Source: Amoebidium appalachense
Taxonomy: Eukaryota > Protista > Ichthyosporea
NCBI GenBank assembly: GCA_963693365.1
Contig: CAVNZM010000019.1
Location: 165,621 to 229,620, forward strand
DNA: 64,000 bases
Direction: 5' to 3'
The position numbers and the translations under genes are program-made. The notes beneath the pieces were generated by a model that had not been told where the DNA came from, did no database searches, and was given only the letters and a program-made list of their open reading frames with translations. Positions 10,176 to 21,011 of the stretch are shown piece by piece (positions within the stretch are counted from its first letter, which is position 1; each line of letters starts with the position of its first letter).

Positions 10176-12247
10176 ATGAGCATAGCCCAACAAAATATTC
10201 AGCGCCAGCTGCATGCCCTGGAAGCCCTTGGCCAGCGCGACCAGCGCTACCCACCCGGGCAGCCCCCTAATCAGCGCGATCTTATGGTCCTTGGGCAGCG
10301 CGACGGGGGGGGGGCAGGGCCGTGTTCGGCGCGATCTCAATGTCATGGGGAACCCCCCGCAATCTTCCGAGGAGACCCGCTATGACAGTGTTGCCCTGTG
10401 CAATGCCGGTGCGCCGACCTCTGTTCTTTCCCAAGACACAAACCTAGATGTTCGGGACTCCTGTACATTGGAGCACATGACCGTCCACGACCTGTGCACT
10501 ATCGGGCCTTCTACGGACACGTTGCACATGCGCCTGGAAATAGGGGGGGAGGTGTATTCGAAGGAAATCAAACTGGACCACGGCCCATATGAATTAAATG
10601 ATCTTGTCAAGATGCTGGAGACTACATTGAATCACAGCAGACCGTGTGCTAAAAACCTCGGCCTATCCAACGCTGTTCCTACGGTTGTTGGGCACGGCTA
10701 TGCGCTGCGTGGGAGCGCCCTTGTAGGCAACGCGCCAATGTATGTACGCTATGACCTAGAAGGCCCCATGGCATTAGTTGCTCAGTTAAGGCGTATGCAG
10801 TACCAAGACCCGAATGCCATTCTTGTCGTGGGCGGACTTGTTGGGGACCACAGACACCACCATACCCGAAAAATCTGCCGCGGCTGTTGTGTATCGCTTT
10901 ACGTCACAAACACTTCCAGATGTTGAACTGATTGATGAACCGGGTTCGTCGCTGCTCATTTTTCCGCACAAGGCATCGTATGGCGAAAGGCTCTTACTTT
11001 ACGAGCCCAATGCCGTCCTCGATCCGACCAGTCTGGTCAAGGGCACAATTCCAAGGGATGTTTATGAGTACGACTTCTTGTATGCACTGAAAGAAACCGA
11101 GGTTCTTCCTGACTCGGACTTTCAGCACCGGGACCACTGGGCGCTATGGCCAGCCCCAGTATGGCAGGCCTTGCAGGTGGCGCTGGCCATCTCCTCACGG
11201 GACGAAACCCTGGTATCAAGGGCTCTTTTCTACATGGTCGAGTCTCAGGTTTTTATACGCGTCGTTGTCAGCCACACAAACTACGAACAGAACGGGGTCC
11301 TATTCGGTTCAACAGAGGCTGACCCCTATATCAAAGCAAACTTCTTGGTTACCAACGTACACGGCCTCACTATTCCATTCAACATCCCCACAGATCTGCG
11401 GCCAAACCTGTTTGAACCGGACAAGTTCCTTTCATCCATTTACCAAGACCCACTCGACGACGCCGACGCGGAACCGTACCCGTTGTATCACTTTTCTGTG
11501 CGGAGTGTCCAGCAGCTTTCTGATGCCATTGTCAATGTCAATCCCCCACCACCCTTTTCTACGTATGAGCGTCTCGACAGCTACGATGATATCATGATCG
11601 AGACCGTAGAACTGGCCGCAGTATATCTACAGGTTTTCCCCCGTGAGGTCGACCTCGGTGCCTGGCGCAGACTCCTCTTCAACATCCAGATGGACCCCCA
11701 TAACTACACTCACATGTTTCGCGGACGGATTGTGATATCATTGAGACCCTTTTTTGCGTATTTCAAAGCCAGCGCGAGGCTGTCCTACGCGCTACTCTTC
11801 AGCACCAGAAGCATCACCTTCTCGTTCTCCGGCCCTGCTGCCCGGTCTCTGGGGCTGCAGAACAACGTGTGCAGCAAGGACCCCTTTGTCGATCGTCCTG
11901 TGCTCCTGGTCCCTCCCTGGGGGCAGCAGGGTACAATATCGCCTGGGCCGTTCGGGCACGCCACCAGCATGCTGCAGGCAATCCCGTACACCCGTGAGAC
12001 ACCGCCCAAGCGACTGTTTGTGCACCTGGACGTCAACAACACCCGGGTCAAGGGCAACGTGCGGGGGCTGCGCGCGCTGGCCGTGGTCCCGACACAGAAG
12101 GCGGTGAACGATGTGTACGAGCCCGTCATGCCGATCTACACGTCGTTGGTGGGCTGTGGTTCCATCCGCACCATCGGGGTGTCGATCGAGGACGAGCATG
12201 GCACGCCCATAACGGGGGAGTACACTGTCATGCTGCGGTTGAAATAA
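10176..12247 (+). CDS. penton/minor-capsid-like single jelly-roll protein with a large insertion (two frameshifts)
   Basis: C-terminus RLFVHLDV..LAVVP..YEPVMPIYTSL..IRTIGVSIEDEHGTPI..YTVMLRL and N-terminal IKLDHGPYELNDLVKML resemble Polinton/NCLDV pentons; three ORFs join at G-runs near 10310 and 10845. Confidence 0.6.
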
Positions 12248-12266
12248 AGTCTGTGCCCACGACTAA

Positions 12267-13226
12267 ATGATGCGCCTGTTGATGTCGGCCATGCTGTGTG
12301 CGTCCACGGCGCAGTGCAAGAGGTCGCAGTGCCCGGCCGGGTCCGCGCTCCTGTTCTATCGCACGTTCAAAAACGTCGCGGACGGACCCTACGCGGTCGA
12401 GTTGTTGCGCAAGGACGTGCCCAACGTGACCATGGCGACCGGCGATGCCAGGAACATGATGGCACACCAGGGCAGCCTGCGCATGAAACTCCCGGCCGGG
12501 TGCGTCGGCACCCAGGAGTGCTCGTTCCAGTGGAAGGTGGGCCTCGACCGGACTTTGGAGGCCATGTACGCATACAGCGTCAAGTTCGAAAGCACGTACG
12601 ACTTTGCCAAGGGCGGCAAGCTGCCTGGGCTGTGCGGCAACACGTGCCCGACGGGCGGCCGCGACTCATCGATGGGCTTCAGCGCGCGCAACATGTGGCG
12701 CACGAACGGCGAGCTCGTGAGCTACCTGTACCTCCACGGCAAGAAGGAGAGAATGGGGCGGGATGTGGTGTGGATGAACGCCACGAGCGGCAAACCGCTG
12801 CGGCTGCCAACGGACCAGTGGGCGTTTCTTTATTTCTGGGTCCGACTCAACACAATCGGGAAGAACGACGGGCGGCTTGTTGGATTCTACAACGGCGAGG
12901 TCGCTGTCAACATCAAGATCGACTGGCGCAAGAGCGAGGACGTGTTCATCGACACGTTCTACTTTTCCAACTTCTACGGGGGCGGGGACAGCAGCTGGGC
13001 GCCGGACAGGGACATGTACATCCGGTTCAACGACCTCCAGGTGTGCACACGGGACGGATTTGGGTGGCTGAAGTACTACCAGGCACCCCCTAAGAGCAAC
13101 ACCACGACGGCAGAAGGGGTCGGGAAGGACGTTGTGTCACAGACAGTGCCGGGCCTGCCAGGGCTCACGAAGCCAGCCCCCGCACGGCCATACGGGGCGT
13201 GCGTAATCCCCATACCCGAGCCCTAG
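12267..13226 (+). CDS. polysaccharide lyase family 14 (chlorovirus vAL-1-like), secreted
   Basis: signal-like N-terminus; YSVKF..DFAKGGKLPGL, GFSARNMWR, FSNFYGG..SWAP. Confidence 0.88.
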   Translation: MMRLLMSAMLCASTAQCKRSQCPAGSALLFYRTFKNVADGPYAVELLRKDVPNVTMATGDARNMMAHQGSLRMKLPAGCVGTQECSFQWKVGLDRTLEAMYAYSVKFESTYDFAKGGKLPGLCGNTCPTGGRDSSMGFSARNMWRTNGELVSYLYLHGKKERMGRDVVWMNATSGKPLRLPTDQWAFLYFWVRLNTIGKNDGRLVGFYNGEVAVNIKIDWRKSEDVFIDTFYFSNFYGGGDSSWAPDRDMYIRFNDLQVCTRDGFGWLKYYQAPPKSNTTTAEGVGKDVVSQTVPGLPGLTKPAPARPYGACVIPIPEP

Positions 13227-13227
13227 T

Positions 13228-13767
13228 TTAGTCTACGCCAAAAGGTTTGTACTTCTTGAATGCCTTGCTGCGCCCATTGACGTAAAGGGAGTCCGGCTGC
13301 CGCAGCACGACGCCCTCGCCGCCCGCGCCGGTGATACGGTTGAACATCCGGTACAGCGCACGGTTGTTCCTGACGCGTATATGACGAACCACCCGGATGG
13401 TCTTTGCCCGGAGTCGGGGCGGACCACCGATTCGGGTTGCAAAGGGCACCCGCTTTGCGGGCATGTCGAACACCATAAAGCGCACCTTTGGCCACCATTT
13501 GTTCTGTATGTTCCGAACTATGCCCACAATCCGCGGCCGGGTGCCGTAGCCCGCGAACAGCTCGCCGTCCAGCACACGCTTGGGAAACCCTCTTGTAAAC
13601 CAGAGGGGGGCAGGGATCCGCTTGCCGTGGCGTGTCCACAGGCTTCGGCCGTCCCACACGCAGCGGATGCCGTCGTATTTCTCTGAGGCATACCAGCCGG
13701 TCATATCCTCCAGCGGTTGGTTGTGGCTGTCGGTGCGCAGTCGGCGGCCCAGCATTGGCTTCATCAC
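13228..13767 (-). CDS. ATP-dependent DNA ligase, adenylation domain only
   Basis: SEKYDGIR (KxDG), DGELF, FMVFD, EGVVLR, KKYK; no OB domain follows. Confidence 0.85.
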   Translation of the reverse strand: MMKPMLGRRLRTDSHNQPLEDMTGWYASEKYDGIRCVWDGRSLWTRHGKRIPAPLWFTRGFPKRVLDGELFAGYGTRPRIVGIVRNIQNKWWPKVRFMVFDMPAKRVPFATRIGGPPRLRAKTIRVVRHIRVRNNRALYRMFNRITGAGGEGVVLRQPDSLYVNGRSKAFKKYKPFGVD

Positions 13768-13777
13768 TGACAGGGGG

Positions 13778-14485
13778 CTACAAAGGGGCCACCGTGCGGT
13801 TGTGAATGTGCTGTTCCAGCAAGCGGCTGGTCTCGGTGAGCGCGGGGTAGAAGGCGTCCTGCAGGTGCTCCGTCATGACGCGCTTGCGGTTGGATTTGCG
13901 GCACAGCGCCAGGGCTTCGGTTAGGACGCACTCGGTGAAGGATTGGATTATGCACGCGCAGGCGATGCCACTGATGACACTGACGCGCCACTTGACGGTA
14001 GGGTCAAGAGCGAGAAGGGTGTTGCGAAACCGTGATGGGGGGAACACCAACTTGCACCTGCGCGTAATGGTGGTGCGCGTGCCGACAGTCAGGTTGTTGT
14101 CCTCGTACAGGGCGAGGCTCTCCTGAATGCGCGTCAACATGCCACGCACCACGCTGTCCGAAAGGAACACGCGGGCGGCCCCGACCACGTGCCTGAGCTT
14201 GACGGTGACGTGGCGTGCGTCGCCCAGCATGTGTACGATGCACATGCCGATCTTTTCCTGTAGTGCGGTCTGGAACATGTTGAGGTAGTCCAGGGCGTGT
14301 TTGTTTATGGCAAGCGTAGACATGCGTTTGAGCAGGCGGTATGTGTAGGCATTGTAGGACTTGCACTTTTCCCGGGGCAAAAGCGCGTCAGGGGACGGAA
14401 ACGCCGTGTCGGGGTAGTAGCACGGTAGCACCTCGGGCAGGCAGTTCAGCACGCCGTTGTTCTGCGCATGGCATGGTATCTCCAT
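13778..14485 (-). CDS. viral histone doublet H2B-H2A
   Basis: H2B-like KSYNAYTYRLLK..AINKHALDYLNMF..TVKLRHVVGAARVFL, then H2A-like ITRRCKLVFPPSR..RVS..EALALCRKSNRKRVMTEHLQDA. Confidence 0.85.
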   Translation of the reverse strand: MEIPCHAQNNGVLNCLPEVLPCYYPDTAFPSPDALLPREKCKSYNAYTYRLLKRMSTLAINKHALDYLNMFQTALQEKIGMCIVHMLGDARHVTVKLRHVVGAARVFLSDSVVRGMLTRIQESLALYEDNNLTVGTRTTITRRCKLVFPPSRFRNTLLALDPTVKWRVSVISGIACACIIQSFTECVLTEALALCRKSNRKRVMTEHLQDAFYPALTETSRLLEQHIHNRTVAPL

Positions 14486-15004
14486 GTTGGTGCGAGAGAT
14501 TTATTTGTGGCCCACATTCACGCTTCAGCCACGCAATCCGCCCGCTATGTAATGTCGTCGATGAGACTCTACGCCGCAGAGAGGGAGGGCTACACGAGGG
14601 ACGTGCTTCGCTCACGGACGTATGTGGACATCCCCGCCAACATTGTGGGAACACGGGACGATACATGCGCGAGGTACCCGCTGTGCACGCCCGAGACCAT
14701 GGATGAGTGGCAGCAGTACAGATACTGTGGGGAGGGTGCTCATGAAACCGGCAGCCTTGCAATGGAGGTAGACATGTGGAGCGACATCCGCCGTCAGGAG
14801 GACCTGGTGAACACGATGTCGGCAAGGCTCGGTGGCCCGTTCATCAGGTATCCCGTACAGGAAAGCATCTGCTCCTTCGGTAGCCCGTCACCCGACACCC
14901 CGCGCTGGTTTGCCGACCGTATGGACAGGTACATCAACCTGCCGTCCGAAGCTCCGGTTGGTCTTTATGTCTCACACCCCGAGATGCAATTGATCTTTCT
15001 TTAG
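14468..15004 (+). CDS. hypothetical protein
   Basis: 178-aa ORF; real start may be near 14552. Confidence 0.5.
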   Translation: MAWYLHVGARDLFVAHIHASATQSARYVMSSMRLYAAEREGYTRDVLRSRTYVDIPANIVGTRDDTCARYPLCTPETMDEWQQYRYCGEGAHETGSLAMEVDMWSDIRRQEDLVNTMSARLGGPFIRYPVQESICSFGSPSPDTPRWFADRMDRYINLPSEAPVGLYVSHPEMQLIFL

Positions 15005-15061
15005 CCTCCCCCGCCCGCAACCCAAAAACACGAATAAATATTTTCTATACCAAAAGGTAAA

Positions 15062-15418
15062 ATGGGTGAAACCAAGTCCAAGAAGAAGGTCGGTATCCGC
15101 AAGCAGTGGAAGCTCCTGTGCGAGTACGCCGTCGCCCACGACGGGGACATCGACAAGATGGGTCTTGACGACCCGCTCTTTGAAGGCGGACCCACAGTCG
15201 GACAGTTCCTGTTGCGCCACTACCTGAACCGCTGCATCGCTCCGTTCATGAAGGCCCAGGCTAAGGCCCAAAAAGCCGAGGCCGAGTCTGCCTCTGCCCA
15301 AGCCGCCCCCGCCCCCCCAGCAACCGAGGAAGCCGCCCCTGCCCCCCCCGACCAATGCGACACCCGACACCAGTGCGGAGAAGCGCCAGGCCCAGGCGGA
15401 CCCGCCCGGCGCTCCTAA
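15062..15418 (+). CDS. hypothetical protein
   Basis: 118-aa ORF with an Ala/Pro-rich tail. Confidence 0.5.
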   Translation: MGETKSKKKVGIRKQWKLLCEYAVAHDGDIDKMGLDDPLFEGGPTVGQFLLRHYLNRCIAPFMKAQAKAQKAEAESASAQAAPAPPATEEAAPAPPDQCDTRHQCGEAPGPGGPARRS

Positions 15419-15600
15419 AAAAAAGGCCCGCAAGATAGCACCGAAACCACCAGCTGGTATAGTGGTTCATGCGTAATCGTGTGAAGCGCCCGGTGGGTGG
15501 CAAAAACGGCAATAAACAACCAACCCCAACACGCCGAATCCGTACAAACACCGCTTGCCCAAAGGGTATAAATAACCCATTCGCACGGGCAGTTTCCTAA

Positions 15601-16178
15601 ATGGCTCTCTACCCCGACTACCCCAACCCCAACCACATCGCCCCCCCCTGCCCGACCAACGCGTTTCTCCGGGCACTGTTGTGTCCGTGAACCCCGTCAA
15701 CCTGACGCAAAGTGTGTGCCACTACTGCTGCCACCCGTTCACGGGGCCGCTGGTTGCCATACCAATACGATTCAAAGCGGAAAAGGAACTGTTTTATTGT
15801 ACACCCAACGTGTTTTGTTCTTTCGCGTGCGCGCGGGCACATCTGAAGGTGATGCCCGGATACGTCAAGGCCCGTGCCCCCTCTTTGCTGTCGATGATGT
15901 TCCGAAGAATGGGGGGAAGCTGGAACACGTGGCCGAACCCCGCCCCTCCGCGGTCTGTGCTCAAGCTGTTTGGGGGCAACATGGACATCGAGGAGTTCCG
16001 TGCGGCTTCACAGAAAGGGGCGCATCCCGTGCAGCTGTCCAGCTGCCCGTTCGTGCTGGAGGAGCTCTACGTGGTGTCCCGACACGCCATCAAGGAGGGC
16101 CCCAGGCGCCCCGCTCCGCTTCCCGCACCCCCACGGCAGACGGAGGCCAGCATCATGGGGTTCCTGACGGCACGGTGA
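15601..16178 (+). CDS. VLTF2-like late transcription factor (FCS zinc finger)
   Basis: CHYCCHPF..IP..FCSFACARA..PAPPRSVLKLFGGNMDIEEFR; ATG at 15601 joins via the C-run near 15645. Confidence 0.85.
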
Positions 16179-16364
16179 CAACGTTAGAAGGGGTCAACAT
16201 CGAGCTCCCCAACCGGATTGACCTTGATGAGACCCCAGTTGTGGTCGGACGGCACACGGATGTAGCGTGGATCGCGCCAGAAGCTGCACTGCCGCGGCAT
16301 CCACCTCCTGCGAGCCTTCACACATGCGCTGTACCCACGCCTAGCTGAACGTCCCCATGGCTGC

Positions 16365-16856
16365 CTACGTCTCGTCGCTCGGGGCATTTGTGTCTGGAAC
16401 GAATAAACCCAGAAGGTTATCGCTTGGGATTTCATAATGTGGCTGAATCCATGGGACAAGCAACCCCAGCCCCTCCAGGGGCACAAACCCCCTCTTTAGA
16501 ACCAGCCCCGACCCGAGAATAACGTGCACGTGCTCTCCCCTCGCCAGCGTGTTCGCGATTTCAAGAAGCTTGACGGTATCGAGCTCAAAGGCGGTGCCCT
16601 CGAAACGTTCGCTGACCCGCCGCAGGGCCTGGAGCGCGCGCAGCAGCAGGTCGTCCCCGTTAAGGTGTAGGTGTATCACGGACGGGCTGTTGATGAACCG
16701 GTGGGTCTCCCAGCGGTACACGGCACTGCGGGCCATCTCGACGTACATGCGGCCTTCTAGGTGCGCCGGCAGACGTGCGTCACATCCGTGACTCCGGTAG
16801 AAGGCGACGGCAGCCTGGTAGGCCAGCGAGGTCTCAGAAGAGCGGAGTGTCATCAC
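16365..16856 (-). CDS. hypothetical protein
   Basis: 163-aa ORF directly downstream of the coiled-coil gene. Confidence 0.55.
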   Translation of the reverse strand: MMTLRSSETSLAYQAAVAFYRSHGCDARLPAHLEGRMYVEMARSAVYRWETHRFINSPSVIHLHLNGDDLLLRALQALRRVSERFEGTAFELDTVKLLEIANTLARGEHVHVILGSGLVLKRGFVPLEGLGLLVPWIQPHYEIPSDNLLGLFVPDTNAPSDET

Positions 16857-17394
16857 TGAGCTTGGTCAGCAGCTCCTTGTACTTTATACGCGACGGCGGC
16901 TGCGGCATGACCTTGGCGAGCTTGCTGTCGATGAGGGCCTCCAGCTGGCGATCGCGCTCGCGCCTGCGCTGCTCGCGCTCCTCGCCCTGCTGGTCACGGG
17001 TGGCCTGCAGGGACGTGGTGTGCTTCTCGAGCATCTCGCGCTGCTGCTGCACCTGCTGCTCGAGGGCGGCGATGTGCTCGCGGGCCTTCTCGTACTCCTC
17101 GAGGCGCTTGTCGAGCTTCTCGTAGTTGGTGCGTGCCTGCTCCCAGTACTCGGCCTTCATCTTCTCCATGCGGTCGGCAAGCTCGGTTTTGGACACGATC
17201 TGCTGCTCCAGCTTCTCCTGCGTCTCCTTGACCCAGCGCTCCAGCTCCTTGTTGCGGCGGTCGTAGGCCTCGAGGTCGGTGTTCTTCTGCAGGATGGCGC
17301 GGCGGTACTCCTCCTGTGCGGCCTTGAACTCCTCCTGTGCGGCCTCGAACTTCTTCTCCATCATCTTGGCATCCAGAATAGCTCCGATGTCCAT
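16834..17394 (-). CDS. coiled-coil protein
   Basis: 186 aa, E/K/Q/R-rich heptads. Confidence 0.7.
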   Translation of the reverse strand: MDIGAILDAKMMEKKFEAAQEEFKAAQEEYRRAILQKNTDLEAYDRRNKELERWVKETQEKLEQQIVSKTELADRMEKMKAEYWEQARTNYEKLDKRLEEYEKAREHIAALEQQVQQQREMLEKHTTSLQATRDQQGEEREQRRRERDRQLEALIDSKLAKVMPQPPSRIKYKELLTKLSDDTPLF

Positions 17395-17429
17395 TAGTAG
17401 AGGGACACAGAAAATAAAAGTGCAGGTTT

Positions 17430-18134
17430 TCAGTCCTCGTTGCCGTACGACTGGAACTTCCTGTCGCCCGCCCGGAAGCGGATGGACGGCTCGGCCCGCC
17501 AGTAGTAGAGCTTGTCCTCGGGGCGATTTGACTTGTGGGTGCGGTCCAGGACCAGGATGCCGTAGTTCTGGGTGTACTCATTCAGCAGCTCGTTGAACTC
17601 CCTGAAGGACTCGATGAAGCCGAAGAAGCTCTCCCACAGCTTCCGGCGTTCCAGCTGGCTGTCCTCGGCGAACACGAAGAGACAGTTGATGTTGTTGCGG
17701 TACTCGGGCGGGATGCTCTTTGCGTACTGGATGCTCATGAGGTAGAACCAGTTGAAGTGGCGGCCGTTGAAGAAGATCTGGCGGATGGTGGGGTCGTTCT
17801 TGAGCTGCTTGTCGTAGATGACGTCCTCGGCAATGCAGAAGATGTTTGGGGAGGTGCGCTTGGTCCAGCCCTTGACCCTGTCCTTCTGGCGCTCATAGAG
17901 CTGGCGCAGCTCGGTGGGGCGGAACTCGTTGTAGATGAACGCCTTGTTGAGGAAGCGGCCCCAGAACTGGTTGCCGTCCTCGGTGGCGCTCATGGCGATG
18001 CCGGCGCTCAGGTACTTGCGCTTGTGGTAGAGGACGTTGGCCATGGCGATGCTCTTGCCGCTGCCGCGGGGCCCGACAAAGACGCACACGGCCTCGGGAG
18101 GGATGGTGTTTGGGTAGAACGGCTGGAGCTTCAT
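17430..18134 (-). CDS. A32-like virion DNA packaging ATPase
   Basis: Walker A GPRGSGKS, Walker B CIAED, FFNGRH..SIQY family signature. Confidence 0.92.
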   Translation of the reverse strand: MKLQPFYPNTIPPEAVCVFVGPRGSGKSIAMANVLYHKRKYLSAGIAMSATEDGNQFWGRFLNKAFIYNEFRPTELRQLYERQKDRVKGWTKRTSPNIFCIAEDVIYDKQLKNDPTIRQIFFNGRHFNWFYLMSIQYAKSIPPEYRNNINCLFVFAEDSQLERRKLWESFFGFIESFREFNELLNEYTQNYGILVLDRTHKSNRPEDKLYYWRAEPSIRFRAGDRKFQSYGNED

Positions 18135-18781
18135 GTCTGCAGTAGGGCGAGAAATCATCTGGGCGAGGCACAAGTCAAGCAAAGGCACAAGAGAACGGCA
18201 AGCGTGAGGTAACCCGGCAAACGGGTGGGGGTATTATCTATCCCCACTGTGATGACCTCACCATCCCCTCCCACGCACCGTGGCCCCAGCCCCCCCCTGC
18301 CCCTCGCCCTGAAGGGGGTGAATAGAATTGGCGCGGGCCACCTACCAAGAGCTCCGCAAACGGGCGCGCCGCCCCCGCGCCCGCCCCGCCCCCCGTTTAG
18401 CACCCCCGCACCATCATTTCGGCTGCACCGGCAACAAGCCCGCCGGCAAGCGCGACAAAACCCGTGATCCTACCAACTGCCGCTGGCGCCCCTTAGACAG
18501 GGACCATGCCACGCCATGGAGGCCACGTAAGACACTTGTCCGTGAGCACGCGTGACATGCGGCGCACTGGAACAAGGACCACGACGTCCCAACTCCTCAT
18601 CAGAGTGCAATATCTGATAAGCATGTGGTGTGTGTGTGTGTGTGTGTTGTGGGGGGGGGGTTACAACTTCTTTCCCTTCTGCTTCCTGTGTTTTTTCGGT
18701 CTCTGTTTATTTTGAAAAGCTGTCAGCCTCCACACAAAACACCTTCTTCATCCGTGCCATACCCGTGGCCAATAAAAGCTT

Positions 18782-19351
18782 TCAGCTACACTGCACGCGC
18801 TTCTCCCTGATGGCCGCCGTGATGCCGTCCAGGTCGATATCATCGGACAGCTCAATCGGCCTGTTCGGATGCAGGAGCGCGTTGGCCAGCAGCACCACAA
18901 ACGCCCGGTGCCCCACGTTGTACGGCCTCGACCGGTCGAGCGCCACAATAAACACGGCCTCGTCCGACTCCTTCTTGACCACGAACGACATGAGCGACCC
19001 CTCGTTCTCCACAAACGCAATAACCACGGCTCCGGCCTCGACCTTGCTCACGAGCCTCTGCAGCTCCATGAGCTCGCCGGGGCTGTCGGAGATCAGCAGC
19101 TTGGAGAACAGGCTGAACTGGATGCCCGTGAAGCTGTTGAGCGCGCGCAGCAGGAACTTGCCCAGCGAGTAGCTGTTCTCCACCAGCAGGCTCTTGAGCG
19201 AGATCATGGTCTCCTCGCGGTCCGGCCGCGGCATGCTCTCGAGCGCGGCGGCGGCGTCAACCGAGTCGTACACGCACTCGTACCAGCTCTTGTATCCGGT
19301 CACGGGGAGGGCATACTGGTGCCATTCGACATAGAAGCGCATCGGCATTGA
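18782..19351 (-). CDS. hypothetical protein
   Basis: globular part of ORF 18782..19636, downstream of the long C-run; start approximate. Confidence 0.55.
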   Translation of the reverse strand, partial: SMPMRFYVEWHQYALPVTGYKSWYECVYDSVDAAAALESMPRPDREETMISLKSLLVENSYSLGKFLLRALNSFTGIQFSLFSKLLISDSPGELMELQRLVSKVEAGAVVIAFVENEGSLMSFVVKKESDEAVFIVALDRSRPYNVGHRAFVVLLANALLHPNRPIELSDDIDLDGITAAIREKRVQCS

Positions 19352-19372
19352 GTAGGGGGCAGATAATTGTGA

Positions 19373-19422
<50 letters not shown>

Positions 19423-19821
19423 CCCCCCCCCCCAGCGAAAGGCGGAGCCGTGGAGGCGCCTGTCGTGCTCCAGCGTTATCACTTGAATGGTGGAGGGTTG
19501 ATGTGTTCCATGTTGGCGCTGGAATGGACTGGCCATCACCAGTGGGTGTTGTCTCTTTTATACACACGATTTGCTGGTTCGCCTGCATTGCAGGAGCGTC
19601 CGGGACCGGGTTTTTTTTTTTGGGTGCTGTTAGCACCCCCTAAGAAAACTCACACCCGTACCCGTTTTTGTTTTGGTACCCGAGTTCCCTGGACGACCCT
19701 GTTCTCTAATAAAAGGTACCCCAACCTGACACAGCCAGTCACGAACACGGCACGGAGAACACCTCCAGCCGCGACCGGTTACGACCAAGACAGACATGAG
19801 AACACGAACTCCCTGAAATTA

Positions 19822-20676
19822 TCACAGCTTGCTGGCAGCTCGCTCCAATTGTTCGGCCTGCAGCTGCTGCTGCCACAAGCTGAACAGCAGCGAGTCCGTC
19901 TTGCGTGTGCATGCCAGGAGCCCATTGACCCGACACGACACGTTGGTCCCGCCCACGCCCACGCAGCCATTGCTGAAGCACAGCGTCTTGCCGTTGCTGC
20001 CCTTGTGGGCGTTGATGAGGTTGCCGGCCAGCGTTGCCTCGGTCGTGTGACCGGACGCCTTGTCACTGTGGAACAGCTTCATGAAACGCGTTGCCTCCCT
20101 CTTGGCAGCATCACGGTCGATGGGTATGGGGGGGAGTAGATGATCCTTCTTGAGCCCGTCAAAGTAGAATGAGCCAAACAGGGAGTGGAGCCAATCCTTG
20201 CAAAACTTTGCCTTGTCGGCCGCAAAGGCCAGTCGATGGAGACAGTTCTCACCCCATTGAACCTTCCCGCTTAAAAGCTCCACCAGGACCCCATCCAAAT
20301 TTTTCCGGAGTGAAACCGCCAGGTCGACAACTTCCTTCTTCCGACCCTTCCGGGTCATGGTTTTCTTGTAACGATTCTTGGCGGCCTGTGCGTTAGCCCG
20401 AGTCTTGGCTTTAATGTTGGGTCGGTCAAGGATGCAGCGCTCGTCCTTGCACTTGGCAGCATGGGTGGCGTGGGCGGTCCAGGTTCCCGCAACGTACCCA
20501 CACGCCGACCTTGTGAGACCCAGCGCCGACAACCATGAATCCGTGGGGACGCACTCTGGGTGTGTCTTACGGCGCTTGTTGATGTGTCGCACCAGCTGGT
20601 AGCGATGGCTCTCAAAGCCACACGCACAGGCGGCCTGGTTCCATGACTGGAGTGGCATGATGTAAAGCTGCGACAA
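19822..20676 (-). CDS. Cys/His-rich protein with a J-domain-like segment
   Basis: N-terminal CACG..H..HPEC; DAAKREATRFMKLFHSDK resembles J-domain helix II plus HPDK. Confidence 0.45.
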   Translation of the reverse strand: MSQLYIMPLQSWNQAACACGFESHRYQLVRHINKRRKTHPECVPTDSWLSALGLTRSACGYVAGTWTAHATHAAKCKDERCILDRPNIKAKTRANAQAAKNRYKKTMTRKGRKKEVVDLAVSLRKNLDGVLVELLSGKVQWGENCLHRLAFAADKAKFCKDWLHSLFGSFYFDGLKKDHLLPPIPIDRDAAKREATRFMKLFHSDKASGHTTEATLAGNLINAHKGSNGKTLCFSNGCVGVGGTNVSCRVNGLLACTRKTDSLLFSLWQQQLQAEQLERAASKL

Positions 20677-21011
20677 TAAAAGGAGAATAGGGTTGACGTG
20701 TCGCCCCGTTCTGTTGCGATTGGGGAGAAAAAGATGAATTGGGGTATGGTTTTCTGATTGATTTTAGGAGAAGGAGTGGAATCGATTAACCTGTTCTCTA
20801 TGAAAACGTGGACCAGATGGTGACAGAATTCGGCGACTTCTCTCTGGTTTGGTAAGAAAAGGGTTGTGTTGATCAGAAGTGTTGATCTGGAGAATATGTT
20901 ACGCTTATATACCTGCACCCCCCCGATCTTGTTCTGGTGGAAGAACTGTCCTCGGAACTGACCTTGGTATCTTCTTTATGCTGGCGTAACCAGTACACGC
21001 GCTCATTAGCG

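Noticed and set aside
18626-18660. (TG)n microsatellites (also near 58800)
   Set aside because: Short simple repeats with no supporting context.
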